Shown here: positions 20,477-29,606 of the stretch, piece after piece
Layout: each line of letters begins with the position of its first letter
How positions within the stretch are numbered: the stretch's first letter is position 1
IMG/VR virus record: IMGVR_UViG_2791355477_000007
From: a virus
Lineage: Duplodnaviria > Heunggongvirae > Uroviricota > Caudoviricetes
Strand: one strand, 5' to 3'
DNA length: 64,000 nucleotides
Notes under the pieces: model-generated
Seen by the model: only the letters and a program-made list of their open reading frames with translations
Database searches by the model: none
Told to the model about the DNA's origin: nothing
Program-made: the position numbers and the translations under genes

Positions 20477-20500
20477 GAACATACGTTTACATTATATAAT
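20477..20500 (+). promoter_or_regulatory. LexA (Cheo) box adjacent to the -10 of the tnpB promoter
   Basis: GAAC-ATAC-GTTT at 20477-20488, TATAAT at 20495. Confidence 0.55.
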
Positions 20501-20533
20501 ATGCATAAACAAAAAAGAAAGGAGTGAAGGGCA

Positions 20534-22030
20534 ATGACAAAACCAAAGAAAGATTGTTTTATTGTAGAACTAAAATTAATGTTGGATACATGGCAAACGG
20601 ATATTCTATGTAAACGTTTTGAAATTGCCCGTAAACTCTATAACACCACATTATCTTACGCAACGAAACAATATAGGCTCATGAAAGAATCAAAAGCTTA
20701 TAGAAAACAAATACGTTGCTATCAAAAGGCAAAAAAAGCAAATCACCCAAAAGAATGGAAAGAAATATCAAAAGAATTAGATAGTATTCGTCAATCTTTT
20801 GGATTAAGTGAATATCAACTTCACGCTTATATAAAAAAACACCAACATAATTATAAAAAACACATAGATAGCTATACCTCTCAAAAAATTGCTTCTACCG
20901 TTTGGAAAGCGATGGAAGATGTGATATTTAAAGGGGCAAAAGCACACTTTAAATCATACGGAATGCTTCATTCGGTAGAAGGGAAATCGAATAAAACGGG
21001 TATTCGATTTAAAGAAAACAGGGTCTATTGGAATGGATTACTCCTTCCTGTTCATTTTCGCAAGAATGATTTATTTATAAAAGAATCTCTCGCCCTTCAT
21101 ACGATAAAATATTGTCGTTTTGTCAAAAAAGTAATTCGTGGAAAAGTTACGTTTTATGTACAGCTTGTTATGGGTGGCATTCCCCCTGCAAAGAGAATCA
21201 ATAAAACAGGAGCATTTCGACATTCCTACCAAAAGAAAAAGCGAGTAGGTATAGATATTGGTCCTTCTACCATTGCCATTGTTTCGGAAGAAACCGTTTC
21301 TATCCAAAAAATTGCTCCTGATGTTCCTTTATTTGAGAATCAAAAAAGACGTTTATTACGCAAGTTAGATAGAAGCCGTAGACGTACAAATCCAAATAAC
21401 TTTAACACAAATGGCACAATAAAACGTGGCATCAAGCTTCATTGGATATGTAGTAAAAACTATCAAAAAACAAAAAAATTATTAAATGAGTTGTACAGAA
21501 AAAAAGCTTCTTATATCAAAGAAAAACATGGTGCATTAGCAAATCACATTTTATCTTTAGGTGATGAAGTGTATATTGAAACCATGCATTTTAAAGGATT
21601 AGCAAAACGTACAAAAGAGACAAAAACAAATCAACAAGGCAGATTCCAATCCAAAAAGCGTTTTGGGAAAAGTATTGGGAATCATGCCCCTGCCATGTTA
21701 GTGAACATCATCAATCAAAAATTGAAGTATGGTAAACAAGAGATACAAAAAGTAAATACGATAACTTTTAGAGCCAGTCAATATAATCATGTAACAAATA
21801 GCTATGAAAAGAAAAAACTCCATCAACGATGGAGTCAAATCGGAAATCATCTCGTACAACGAGATTTATATAGTGCTTTTTTATTAATGAATAGTGATGC
21901 AAATTTAAAACAAACCAATCAAGAACGCTGTATCGAAACATTCGATACCTTTGTACATCTACATAATCAACACATAGAAGCATTACAACAAACAAAGAAA
22001 AAATACCCACTCAGCATGGGTATCCTATAA
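20534..22030 (+). CDS. tnpB: TnpB RNA-guided endonuclease (long clade lacking the C-terminal Cys zinc finger)
   Basis: ARKLYN; RuvC-I VGIDIG, RuvC-II YIETM, RuvC-III QRDLYSA; lies between IS605-type ends. Confidence 0.85.
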   Translation: MTKPKKDCFIVELKLMLDTWQTDILCKRFEIARKLYNTTLSYATKQYRLMKESKAYRKQIRCYQKAKKANHPKEWKEISKELDSIRQSFGLSEYQLHAYIKKHQHNYKKHIDSYTSQKIASTVWKAMEDVIFKGAKAHFKSYGMLHSVEGKSNKTGIRFKENRVYWNGLLLPVHFRKNDLFIKESLALHTIKYCRFVKKVIRGKVTFYVQLVMGGIPPAKRINKTGAFRHSYQKKKRVGIDIGPSTIAIVSEETVSIQKIAPDVPLFENQKRRLLRKLDRSRRRTNPNNFNTNGTIKRGIKLHWICSKNYQKTKKLLNELYRKKASYIKEKHGALANHILSLGDEVYIETMHFKGLAKRTKETKTNQQGRFQSKKRFGKSIGNHAPAMLVNIINQKLKYGKQEIQKVNTITFRASQYNHVTNSYEKKKLHQRWSQIGNHLVQRDLYSAFLLMNSDANLKQTNQERCIETFDTFVHLHNQHIEALQQTKKKYPLSMGIL

Positions 22031-22264
22031 AATAAGGAACCATTCCTTCGTAGGTAGAGCTACCTGCCTTCGTTAAAACTTATTGCCAACACAACATCGG
22101 TTGTGTAAATAAGAAAGTCTTATGGAACAGAAGATAAATCAAAGATGTTGTACACAGAATATCGTAACACCATCTGTGGAGAGCTTTGTAACGATTCTCT
22201 TAAGTACATAAGAACCCCACTGCTTTAGCCGAGGGAGTAGTCAGATACAGGATTTCAAACTATA
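22031..22264 (+). ncRNA. predicted omega/reRNA scaffold plus flank-derived guide
   Basis: about 214 nt non-coding between the tnpB stop and the right end; position matches TnpB guide RNAs; boundaries inferred. Confidence 0.5.
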
Positions 22265-22398
22265 TTTACTTTTGATGCAGAGTGCATTCATTTATGCCCT
22301 ACATGTTGGACTAAAGCAAAAGAACATGCTGTAGCCATACATCAACTTCTTGAAAAGCCTTATATATCTATAGACCAATTCTTAGAAGATGAGATTAA

Positions 22399-22653
22399 AT
22401 GATGCATAAAGTAACTTGTACATGTGGACAGCATAGTATAGAGGCAAATAAAAACTCTCTAAATAAAGAACTAATAGATGCAGGATGGGGTGTAATCCCT
22501 TCTAATCGAGGTACATTTATTTATATTTGCCCTTCTTGCTATCAAAGAGCAAGACAGTTAATCAAAGAGTTTCATCAAATAACACAAGATACATACATTA
22601 GTATCTCCTCTATCATTCGCAAAATAGAGGAAGAAAATGAAACCAAGCAGTAA
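22399..22653 (+). CDS. small CxC/CxxC zinc-binding protein
   Basis: VTCTCG...ICPSC; paralog of the interrupted gene. Confidence 0.75.
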   Translation: MMHKVTCTCGQHSIEANKNSLNKELIDAGWGVIPSNRGTFIYICPSCYQRARQLIKEFHQITQDTYISISSIIRKIEEENETKQ

Positions 22654-22672
22654 TTAGAAAGGATGAATAGAA

Positions 22673-23476
22673 ATGGGTTGGCGTTTTGAAGTATTATTAC
22701 TACCAAAAACAATTAAAAATGAAGACTTAATTCAATCAACGCATCAAATACTTAAGGATGAACCAAAGATAATAATGGACAGCCATGTTTTAATGGTAGC
22801 CCCACCCTCACCTGATTTTTATTTCAAAAAAATCTCATTAGATTCTATTGGAAATTATGAATCTCCTGTTTTTACACCCAGGGAATTCGCACTGAAATTA
22901 TCAAACGTAATTAGAAATGAGGATTTTATCATTGCCAATTATTGCGACGGAACTGCCCAAGGGTTAATCTCGCATTTTAGAAATGGATGCCTTGTGCAAA
23001 AAATTGAAAGTCCAGAACTCGATAAATTAGAAATAGGACGACAGTTATTAACTGATACCTTACACTTCCCTGTTTCTGAATCTATCCTATCATCAATTGA
23101 TTCTTATTTTTCTTTTCTGCATGAGAGAAATCCCTATTCTCTTATCTCTTATGCTCACCTGCATTTCTCTTCTGTATCCGAAAAAAGACCGATGCGTAGA
23201 GCATTGTATGAACAAGTACAAGCGTTGATTCAAAATCCTAATGTAACGGATGAAGAATTAGGTACATTGAAAGGTTCCCACAGTTTCCCTCCTTCTATCG
23301 TTCGACCTTATTATCAACGTTACATAATGGAGTCAAATAAAAATATAGCGTTAGAAAAAATGTATCTGTTTACGAATGGATTCGAGGGTGACGCAACATT
23401 AAAAGATGCTCCCACCTATCTATCACCTAATAATTATTTCCAATTAACATCGGATTATAGAAATCTTACAATTTAA
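22673..23476 (+). CDS. hypothetical protein (paralog of 24139..24906)
   Basis: shared ERNPY..SYAHL.F and TNGF...ATL.D.P motifs. Confidence 0.8.
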   Translation: MGWRFEVLLLPKTIKNEDLIQSTHQILKDEPKIIMDSHVLMVAPPSPDFYFKKISLDSIGNYESPVFTPREFALKLSNVIRNEDFIIANYCDGTAQGLISHFRNGCLVQKIESPELDKLEIGRQLLTDTLHFPVSESILSSIDSYFSFLHERNPYSLISYAHLHFSSVSEKRPMRRALYEQVQALIQNPNVTDEELGTLKGSHSFPPSIVRPYYQRYIMESNKNIALEKMYLFTNGFEGDATLKDAPTYLSPNNYFQLTSDYRNLTI

Positions 23477-23505
23477 TACACACGAGCAAACCTCCTTTAA
23501 TTTTA

Positions 23506-23534
23506 TTGACTATAGTTAATAATTTATTTATAAT
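23506..23534 (+). promoter_or_regulatory. palindrome-family site / sigma-A promoter
   Basis: TTGACTATAGTTAA; TTGACT-N17-TATAAT. Confidence 0.75.
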
Positions 23535-23567
23535 ATAACTTATAAATACACATCGAAGGTTTTTCTT

Positions 23568-24119
23568 GTGTTCAGAGTACATATCTTAAATCAAAACTTA
23601 CTGGTTACAGGCGGTATCGCAGTGGGAAAGACTTTTTTCTTAAATGAATCACTTATGGATTTATTAACAAAATGCGAAAACACCCTACTATTAACACCTA
23701 ATATAAATGAATTTAAAACACCTATTACAACATTTAATGGAAGAACAATTTCTTCTACTAAAATAAATAATGATATTGATGGTTCTTTATTTCAAATCGT
23801 TGAAATTAATCCATTTTCACAATCATTAGATGAAGTCAAACATTCATTCATGGAATTTGTAAGCAGTTTTGAAACTATAATTCAAAGTGGAATAAAAACG
23901 GTAATGATTGATGAAGGAATGCAACTACTAAATGAAGTACCTTTCCCCTCATTTATAAAGTTTGTTGAACGATTAAATGAAAAAGGTGTACGAGTAATTT
24001 TCACCTCTCAATTAGAGCTTCATCGACTTCCTATCGACCAGTTCATGCAAGTAGATAAATTGTTTCCTTGTGTATTAAAACTGAATCATCAATATAAACC
24101 ATTAGAAACCGCATCATAA
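23568..24119 (+). CDS. small P-loop NTPase (VirB4/HerA-like fragment)
   Basis: LVTGGIAVGKT, VMIDEG, IFTSQ. Confidence 0.65.
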   Translation: MFRVHILNQNLLVTGGIAVGKTFFLNESLMDLLTKCENTLLLTPNINEFKTPITTFNGRTISSTKINNDIDGSLFQIVEINPFSQSLDEVKHSFMEFVSSFETIIQSGIKTVMIDEGMQLLNEVPFPSFIKFVERLNEKGVRVIFTSQLELHRLPIDQFMQVDKLFPCVLKLNHQYKPLETAS

Positions 24120-24138
24120 AATGAAGGAGGATGAATAT

Positions 24139-24906
24139 ATGAGTAGACAATATTACGGAATCATGGTTCATGGTTCTATCTCAAACAAAGTATTAGCAGA
24201 AAAAACATTAGAAATTTTAAAGGATAACGAATTAAAAGTTAACTACGGAAGTCAGTGCTTAGTCACGCTACCTGTAGATGAAAAATATAATTTCAAGGTT
24301 ATCAATTACGGAAGCATTTTGAATCACGAGATTACACCATTTGCTGATGAGACATTAGCAAAGGAATTATCAGAAAGAATTCCTTTTCAGGATTTCATAG
24401 TCTTCCATTTCCATAGCGTAACGGATACAGGCTATTTTAGACACTATATGAATGGTGTTCTGATTGAAGAAAAAGCTGATAAAATCGAAGGAGATAATTT
24501 TATCTGTGCTCAAAATCTATTCAAGCAGGTTTTTGGTATCCCAAGATATAAAAATCTGATGCAAATCATTGAGAAGTATTTCAAAGTGGCATTAGAACGT
24601 AACCCGTATTTACAAGGTGCCTCTTATGCTCATCTGTTATTCGCACAAGAGGATGCATTTTGGGGAAATAAAGAATTATGTGATGCAATTCAAGAACAAT
24701 TAAAGCATCCAACGAAGCAAAAGGAAAATCACTCTTCACTTCAATATTATTTAAATAGATATGAAAATGAGAAAGTAGATAATAGAGTAATGTATTACTT
24801 ATTAACTAACGGTTTTTATCGAAGTGCTACCTTATTAGATTCTCCACATCAGTTAAAACCTGAAGAATACTTTGAATTTCATCAAAGTGTTAAAAAAATA
24901 GCATAA
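24139..24906 (+). CDS. hypothetical protein (paralog of 22673..23476)
   Basis: AAGGAGG RBS; shared motifs. Confidence 0.8.
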   Translation: MSRQYYGIMVHGSISNKVLAEKTLEILKDNELKVNYGSQCLVTLPVDEKYNFKVINYGSILNHEITPFADETLAKELSERIPFQDFIVFHFHSVTDTGYFRHYMNGVLIEEKADKIEGDNFICAQNLFKQVFGIPRYKNLMQIIEKYFKVALERNPYLQGASYAHLLFAQEDAFWGNKELCDAIQEQLKHPTKQKENHSSLQYYLNRYENEKVDNRVMYYLLTNGFYRSATLLDSPHQLKPEEYFEFHQSVKKIA

Positions 24907-24945
24907 CAGAATGAAAGCAATACCTAATAGGTGTTGCTTTTTTCA

Positions 24946-24974
24946 TTGACTATAGTTAATTAAATTGTTACTAT
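24946..24974 (+). promoter_or_regulatory. palindrome-family site / sigma-A promoter
   Basis: TTGACTATAGTTAA; TTGACT-N17-TACTAT. Confidence 0.75.
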
Positions 24975-25008
24975 AATATTATCAACAAAAGGACGGTGAA
25001 AGAAGGTT

Positions 25009-25803
25009 ATGAAAGGACTTGTAATTAAGAAACATTGGATAAATCTTATATTAAGCGGTCAAAAAGATTGGGAAATTCGAGGAAAAAATGCAAAAATCCG
25101 AGGAACAATTGCGTTGATTCAAAGTGGTTCAGGCATGGTATTTGGAACTGTCGATTTAGTAGATTGCATTCCCTTAACGAAAGAAGCCTTTAATAGCAAT
25201 CATGAACATCACAAAATCCCTGTGACTGGAGATACAGAACCACCTTATAAAAAAACTCACGCATGGGTCTTTAGAAATCCTGTTATCTTTCCAAAACCGA
25301 TTCCTTACTCTCACCCTCTCGGTGCAGTGATATGGATAAATATTAAAGAGAATATAGAAGTAAAAGATGATGATATTAGGGATTGGTTCAACATCTCAAC
25401 ATCATCTAACTTATTACATTCAGGCGATGTTTCATTCAATAATCTTTTACGCTTATATAAATCAGCACTCATGAAGTATTACAACATTCATACATCTACA
25501 AATATAACGAACTTTTTTGAACAGGTGAAAAAATTAGAGATGCCTCGTTCAGCAGAATTATGTACGGAATGGATGTTAGACAAGGGGCTTTCTCACTTAG
25601 AGACTATCAAATCAAAACTACCTATTTCTAAAGAGGATATCCCTTATTTAGATTATGATGCTTGGGCTCTTCAAGAGACATTAAAGCATGAAGACTCCCC
25701 ATATGCAGATGATTTATGCTCTACATTAATAGACATCCTTAGTACCCTTTCTACAAGTACATTAAATAGAAAGTTCCGAAACGAAAAAGAGTGGAGTGAA
25801 TGA
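25009..25803 (+). CDS. ASCH-domain protein with extra C-terminal domain
   Basis: W..LILSGQKDWEIR (GxKxxExR), GTVDLVDC, HAWVF, HPLGAVIW. Confidence 0.8.
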   Translation: MKGLVIKKHWINLILSGQKDWEIRGKNAKIRGTIALIQSGSGMVFGTVDLVDCIPLTKEAFNSNHEHHKIPVTGDTEPPYKKTHAWVFRNPVIFPKPIPYSHPLGAVIWINIKENIEVKDDDIRDWFNISTSSNLLHSGDVSFNNLLRLYKSALMKYYNIHTSTNITNFFEQVKKLEMPRSAELCTEWMLDKGLSHLETIKSKLPISKEDIPYLDYDAWALQETLKHEDSPYADDLCSTLIDILSTLSTSTLNRKFRNEKEWSE

Positions 25804-26200
25804 AATGACAAAAGAATATCAGATAAAAGAAGGCATGATTATTTACGCAATTATACCTTCATGCAGAGGTGAAAAAGTTGAACCCTGTAAAGTAAGGAAG
25901 TCACTGAATAACTCTATAGAATGGAACTTAAAATGCTTATCTGAGGAAGAGAAGTATTTTAGCATCGGGTTTGATACGAATTATATTGGAAAAATCTACT
26001 CCTTTGACAAAATAGAAGCAGAAACACACTTGAAAGAAATGAAGGAGAAAAGCAATAAAGCTTTCCAAAATGCCCTCTCCTCAAAAGAAGAGATTTTAAA
26101 AAGATTATTTTCAGGATGGGCATATGATATGACGGAAGGTGAAGAAGTTCAGATTATGGAAAGACGAATTGAAGAAGAGTTTGGAGTAAAAGTGCGATGA
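25796..26200 (+). CDS. hypothetical protein
   Basis: coupled ORF. Confidence 0.7.
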   Translation: MNEMTKEYQIKEGMIIYAIIPSCRGEKVEPCKVRKSLNNSIEWNLKCLSEEEKYFSIGFDTNYIGKIYSFDKIEAETHLKEMKEKSNKAFQNALSSKEEILKRLFSGWAYDMTEGEEVQIMERRIEEEFGVKVR

Positions 26201-26709
26201 ACTACTCTCTTAATTCGAAGACTACATTAGGTTTTAAATGGTCAGAAAAAGAGAATGATTGGATGATTTATTTTCCAAGGTCAGGAAGTGGTTCTTATCT
26301 ACATTCTCAACTGCTTGAAAGACGTTTCTTTCTCTCTTTATTACAGGAATTGTTAAATAGAGATTATGACCTCTCTACTTTTTTGTTCCGAGTTCATACA
26401 AACGAATTTTCTGAATCACATCCGAGAAAACGAACAAGCCATTTTAGAAAGGAAAATGTTCTGGCCGTTTACTGGAACTACCAGACAAACGATTGGATGA
26501 TTCGCTATCCTGATAAGTCAGATGGCTCTCTCATTGCATTTGACTTAATCGGTAATGATTACTTCAAGAATGTTTTAAAAGAGCTTGAAAACCGAAAATA
26601 TGACGTTAAAACACTATGTATTTACGTTGAAAGAAGAGAAATGGATTCAACGACCCAAAACAATATAAGCACTTGGATAAAAAGACGTTTATCAACCGCT
26701 TATAAATAA
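26197..26709 (+). CDS. hypothetical protein with internal duplication
   Basis: NDWMIYFP...ELLNRDYDLSTF and NDWMIRYP...ELENRKYDVKTL. Confidence 0.7.
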   Translation: MNYSLNSKTTLGFKWSEKENDWMIYFPRSGSGSYLHSQLLERRFFLSLLQELLNRDYDLSTFLFRVHTNEFSESHPRKRTSHFRKENVLAVYWNYQTNDWMIRYPDKSDGSLIAFDLIGNDYFKNVLKELENRKYDVKTLCIYVERREMDSTTQNNISTWIKRRLSTAYK

Positions 26710-26723
26710 AAGGAGGATACAAC

Positions 26724-26918
26724 ATGTTACTGGTAGAGTTCTTTCAAAATACACATGACCTAAGACGTGAAGTTCAGAAACAGTTCAAAGAACGTGGTTT
26801 TACACTTCCTGAAAAATATTTCGTTATGAATGAAGCATTAGGATATGCTCCTAATATAAAAGAACTAACAAATGATGAGATACATAGAGTTTTAACATTA
26901 CTGAAGGAAAAGTATTAG
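26724..26918 (+). CDS. hypothetical protein
   Basis: AGGAGG RBS. Confidence 0.7.
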   Translation: MLLVEFFQNTHDLRREVQKQFKERGFTLPEKYFVMNEALGYAPNIKELTNDEIHRVLTLLKEKY

Positions 26919-26937
26919 ACAGTTTACGGAGAAATTT

Positions 26938-27081
26938 ATGTCAAAAAAACGTGAAATATTTAGATTATTAGAAGAAGATTGTGTAAACCCTACAAGTGAA
27001 GAAATCATAAAGAAGTATATTAATAATTTGATAAGAGAAAATGAAGAATTAAAAAAGAAAAAACGAAAGGTTGTGTCATAA
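26938..27081 (+). CDS. small hypothetical protein (47 aa)
   Basis: GGAG RBS; fills an operon gap. Confidence 0.5.
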   Translation: MSKKREIFRLLEEDCVNPTSEEIIKKYINNLIRENEELKKKKRKVVS

Positions 27082-27288
27082 ATGAACGAAGCAATTGACG
27101 GAAAGAAAATGTATGAGAATTTAATAAAGATAGGATATAAAAGTGTTGGTGTACACGATGATAATGAAATTCTTTCTAAAGAATTTTCTGAAGGAACTTT
27201 CATTCTTTTCGCATTTAAGAACGATGAGTGTATTGGAACAATGATTCTATCACAAGAGCAGTTACATGCGATGCAGAATCTTAAATAA
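27082..27288 (+). CDS. hypothetical protein
   Basis: AAAGG RBS. Confidence 0.65.
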   Translation: MNEAIDGKKMYENLIKIGYKSVGVHDDNEILSKEFSEGTFILFAFKNDECIGTMILSQEQLHAMQNLK

Positions 27289-27291
27289 GAA

Positions 27292-27567
27292 ATGAATAAT
27301 AAAATCAAGTTTATTCATTTCTTAGTAACCATGATTTTAGGTGGGGGCGTGGGGATATCAGGAATTTTTGCTCTTGTAATTCCTTTTGCGGAGAATAAAT
27401 CCATGTTTAGTTTATTCGTATTAGCATTCCCTGTTCTCTCTCTTATTTATTTTATTTACTTAATACGTTCCAATACAAAAAATATAGGCAGTTTATTCAC
27501 TCATGTAGGAGTATTTATTGCATCTGTTATATTGATACCTTGGCTTGTACTCTATCTTACAAGTTAG
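27292..27567 (+). CDS. small membrane protein
   Basis: three hydrophobic segments. Confidence 0.65.
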   Translation: MNNKIKFIHFLVTMILGGGVGISGIFALVIPFAENKSMFSLFVLAFPVLSLIYFIYLIRSNTKNIGSLFTHVGVFIASVILIPWLVLYLTS

Positions 27568-27687
27568 CGAAGAAAAGCACCTATTGGTGCTTTTTTCTTT
27601 TTATGTGGTAACTATTTCAAAAAAACAATCTATCTTTCGTTGATTCCCCATATAATAAGTATAACTGTACAGAATGGAGTTGATAGT

Positions 27688-27969
27688 ATGGATGGATTTT
27701 TCGAGCTAATTCTTCTTGGTCTTATTTTATTTATATTGATTCTTTCTTTCTCTGCTTTTATCGAACAAAAATATCCTGAAAAACAAGGTCTAAAATTTGT
27801 GCTACCTACAATTCTTATTGCTATGTCCTGCTTAACCTTTTATATCTCTGCATTCCTTTTTGACGGTTGGTTTATCATAGGAGTAAGTGTTTTATGTACA
27901 ACTGTTTTTATAAGCTCCACTATTGGTTTTATTGCATCTGTATTTATACATAATAAAAAAGAGCAGTAA
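27688..27969 (+). CDS. small membrane protein (YesK-like)
   Basis: three TM segments, F..GW...G motif; GGAG RBS. Confidence 0.55.
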   Translation: MDGFFELILLGLILFILILSFSAFIEQKYPEKQGLKFVLPTILIAMSCLTFYISAFLFDGWFIIGVSVLCTTVFISSTIGFIASVFIHNKKEQ

Positions 27970-27981
27970 TTTACTGTTCTT

Positions 27982-28326
27982 TTAATCAAATCTATCATTT
28001 TCTCCTAATACCCATTTCAAAGCTGAAATTTGCGAGCTATTTTGTAGCAGTTGGGAACGAAAGGCTTCCCTATCTATTTCCCTTTTCTTGTAAGAATCTC
28101 GTATAATATCTTCGGTGGTATCCAAATCCTTAATCTTATCTCTTATCCACTGCTCTGTTTTCATTTTTAAAACGGAATTAAATGATATTATCATAGATTC
28201 ATTTTCCATAACGACAGTCTGGAAAACATCTTTAGGAATTCGTTTTTCATAAAAAGCATTTTTATAGTTTTCAATCGTTTTAAAACAAGCTCTCATTTCG
28301 TCCTGTATTTCGTGAACTGTTTTCAT
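27982..28326 (-). CDS. hypothetical protein with internal duplication
   Basis: MKT...I...F and MKT...I...ALKWVL halves. Confidence 0.7.
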   Translation of the reverse strand: MKTVHEIQDEMRACFKTIENYKNAFYEKRIPKDVFQTVVMENESMIISFNSVLKMKTEQWIRDKIKDLDTTEDIIRDSYKKREIDREAFRSQLLQNSSQISALKWVLGENDRFD

Positions 28327-28338
28327 GTATTAGCTCCT

Positions 28339-28629
28339 TTATTTTCTTTTGTATCGTTTGTACCAATCCTTATATGAATAATCATCACAATAAGACCATT
28401 TTTGCCCACTATTTAATAATGATTTTTCTTCAGCTCCTTTATCTTTAACATATGTATTGTAATAATAGGTAACTTTCCATTCACAAATGTCATATTGGTC
28501 ATATAGTTTTTTATATGCACTTCCGTTTGCAATCTCACCTTTAAACTTTCTAACCTTTCGATTGGCAAATTTTCTTTCTGCTTTTTGATTATCTTTTACA
28601 CATGGTACTTTTTTATAACTTCTGCTCAT
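28339..28629 (-). CDS. small basic protein (MSRSYKK-type)
   Basis: MSRSYKK...ANRKVR...YKK.Y...DI...RK. Confidence 0.7.
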   Translation of the reverse strand: MSRSYKKVPCVKDNQKAERKFANRKVRKFKGEIANGSAYKKLYDQYDICEWKVTYYYNTYVKDKGAEEKSLLNSGQKWSYCDDYSYKDWYKRYKRK

Positions 28630-28670
28630 ACATATCACATCCCTTTCTTAGGGACCATTATTTGGTCCAC

Positions 28671-28724
28671 CTAATGGACTGTGAAATGAGGAATTCTCAC
28701 TCTTTGTTGATGCATCTTTCTCAT
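28671..28724 (-). promoter_or_regulatory. putative 17-aa leader peptide with a hairpin over its stop codon
   Basis: AAGGATGTGGTG RBS, MRKMHQQRVRIPHFTVH*, TTAGG..GGACCA/TGGTCC.CCTAA stem. Confidence 0.4.
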
Positions 28725-28756
28725 ATACACCACATCCTTTCAGTCTCTCCATACGC

Positions 28757-29437
28757 CTATTCAATCGTAACAAAGTGTTTAAATACCCTTTGTCTTTCTA
28801 CATTATCTAATCCATAGGCATATTTATCCGTAAACTCTTTCCAGTTTGTACTTTCATTCAAAGTATCCATTTTTACTTTCAGAACTTTTTCTAATTCTTT
28901 TTTATTGATAGAAGCCTCATATGTTTTCCCTTCAAACGGAAGGATAACTTCTAAGTTTTCTAATACTGGATTCTTTTTGAATAGTCTTGTTGTTTCAATC
29001 ACAAATAATTTATCAATCTTGTCTCCTGTACTCCAATACTCTTTATATGTTTCTTCTTTTAAATCTTTCATTGAAGAGTTTTCAGAAATGACCGCTTGAT
29101 ATGAATCATAATAGGTTAAGGTAGCATGAGTATCAGCAATATCAATTTTTTTAATGTATTCCCCACCCATCATTAAATTCACTTCATTTGTAAACTTATC
29201 TTTTTCCAACTTTGGCTTTTCTTTCTGCTTATTTTCGTCAGATGCATTACCATCTTTATTTTCTTCAGTTTTATCTTTTTTCTTATTCTGAGAATCTAAA
29301 ACTTTTTGCAATTGCTCTTGTGTTAATTTTGTAGTTTGTGTTTTTTGTTCTTCTTCATTGTTTTCACAACCTACAGAAATCGCTAACACACCTATACTTA
29401 GAATCCCTAATAGACACCTTTTTGCAGTTTTATTCAC
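28757..29437 (-). CDS. lipoprotein
   Basis: lipobox ISVGC after a hydrophobic signal. Confidence 0.8.
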   Translation of the reverse strand: MNKTAKRCLLGILSIGVLAISVGCENNEEEQKTQTTKLTQEQLQKVLDSQNKKKDKTEENKDGNASDENKQKEKPKLEKDKFTNEVNLMMGGEYIKKIDIADTHATLTYYDSYQAVISENSSMKDLKEETYKEYWSTGDKIDKLFVIETTRLFKKNPVLENLEVILPFEGKTYEASINKKELEKVLKVKMDTLNESTNWKEFTDKYAYGLDNVERQRVFKHFVTIE

Positions 29438-29472
29438 GATATCAACTCCCTTATTTAATTTTATTTATTTTA

Positions 29473-29486
29473 TCAACTAAAGTCAA
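29473..29486 (-). promoter_or_regulatory. palindrome-family site / sigma-A promoter
   Basis: minus strand TTGACTTTAGTTGA; TTGACT-N17-TAAAAT. Confidence 0.65.
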
Positions 29487-29606
29487 TAAAAAGAAGTTTT
29501 ATAGAATATATGCCTTTTTGTTATCCTCTATTAACAAAATCATCTTTATAGAGGATTATTTAACAATAAATCAAATAAAAACACAGATTCTATACAGAAC
29601 CTGCGT

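Larger units (their letters stand above)
20412..22244 (+). mobile_element. IS200/IS605-family (IS1341-like, tnpB-only) element
   Basis: left-end 15-bp perfect hairpin 20421-20460; right end GAACCCCACTGCTTTAGCCGAGGGAGTAGTCAG; no TSD; removal restores the host ORF. Confidence 0.85.
20333..22402 (+). pseudogene. 78-aa CxC/CxxC protein gene interrupted by the IS element
   Basis: joining 20333-20410 to 22244-22402 gives MRTITCKCG...IFL/DTGF...CPTCW...EIK*, homologous to the downstream gene 22399..22653. Confidence 0.8.

Noticed and set aside
20534-22030. 498-aa RuvC protein as the Cas12f effector of the mini-array
   Set aside because: It is bounded by IS605-type ends, interrupts a gene, and lies more than 22 kb from the array, so it is a TnpB.
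20412-22244. IStron (group I intron plus IS) that would splice out of the host gene
   Set aside because: Only about 120 nt precede tnpB, and no group I core is recognisable.
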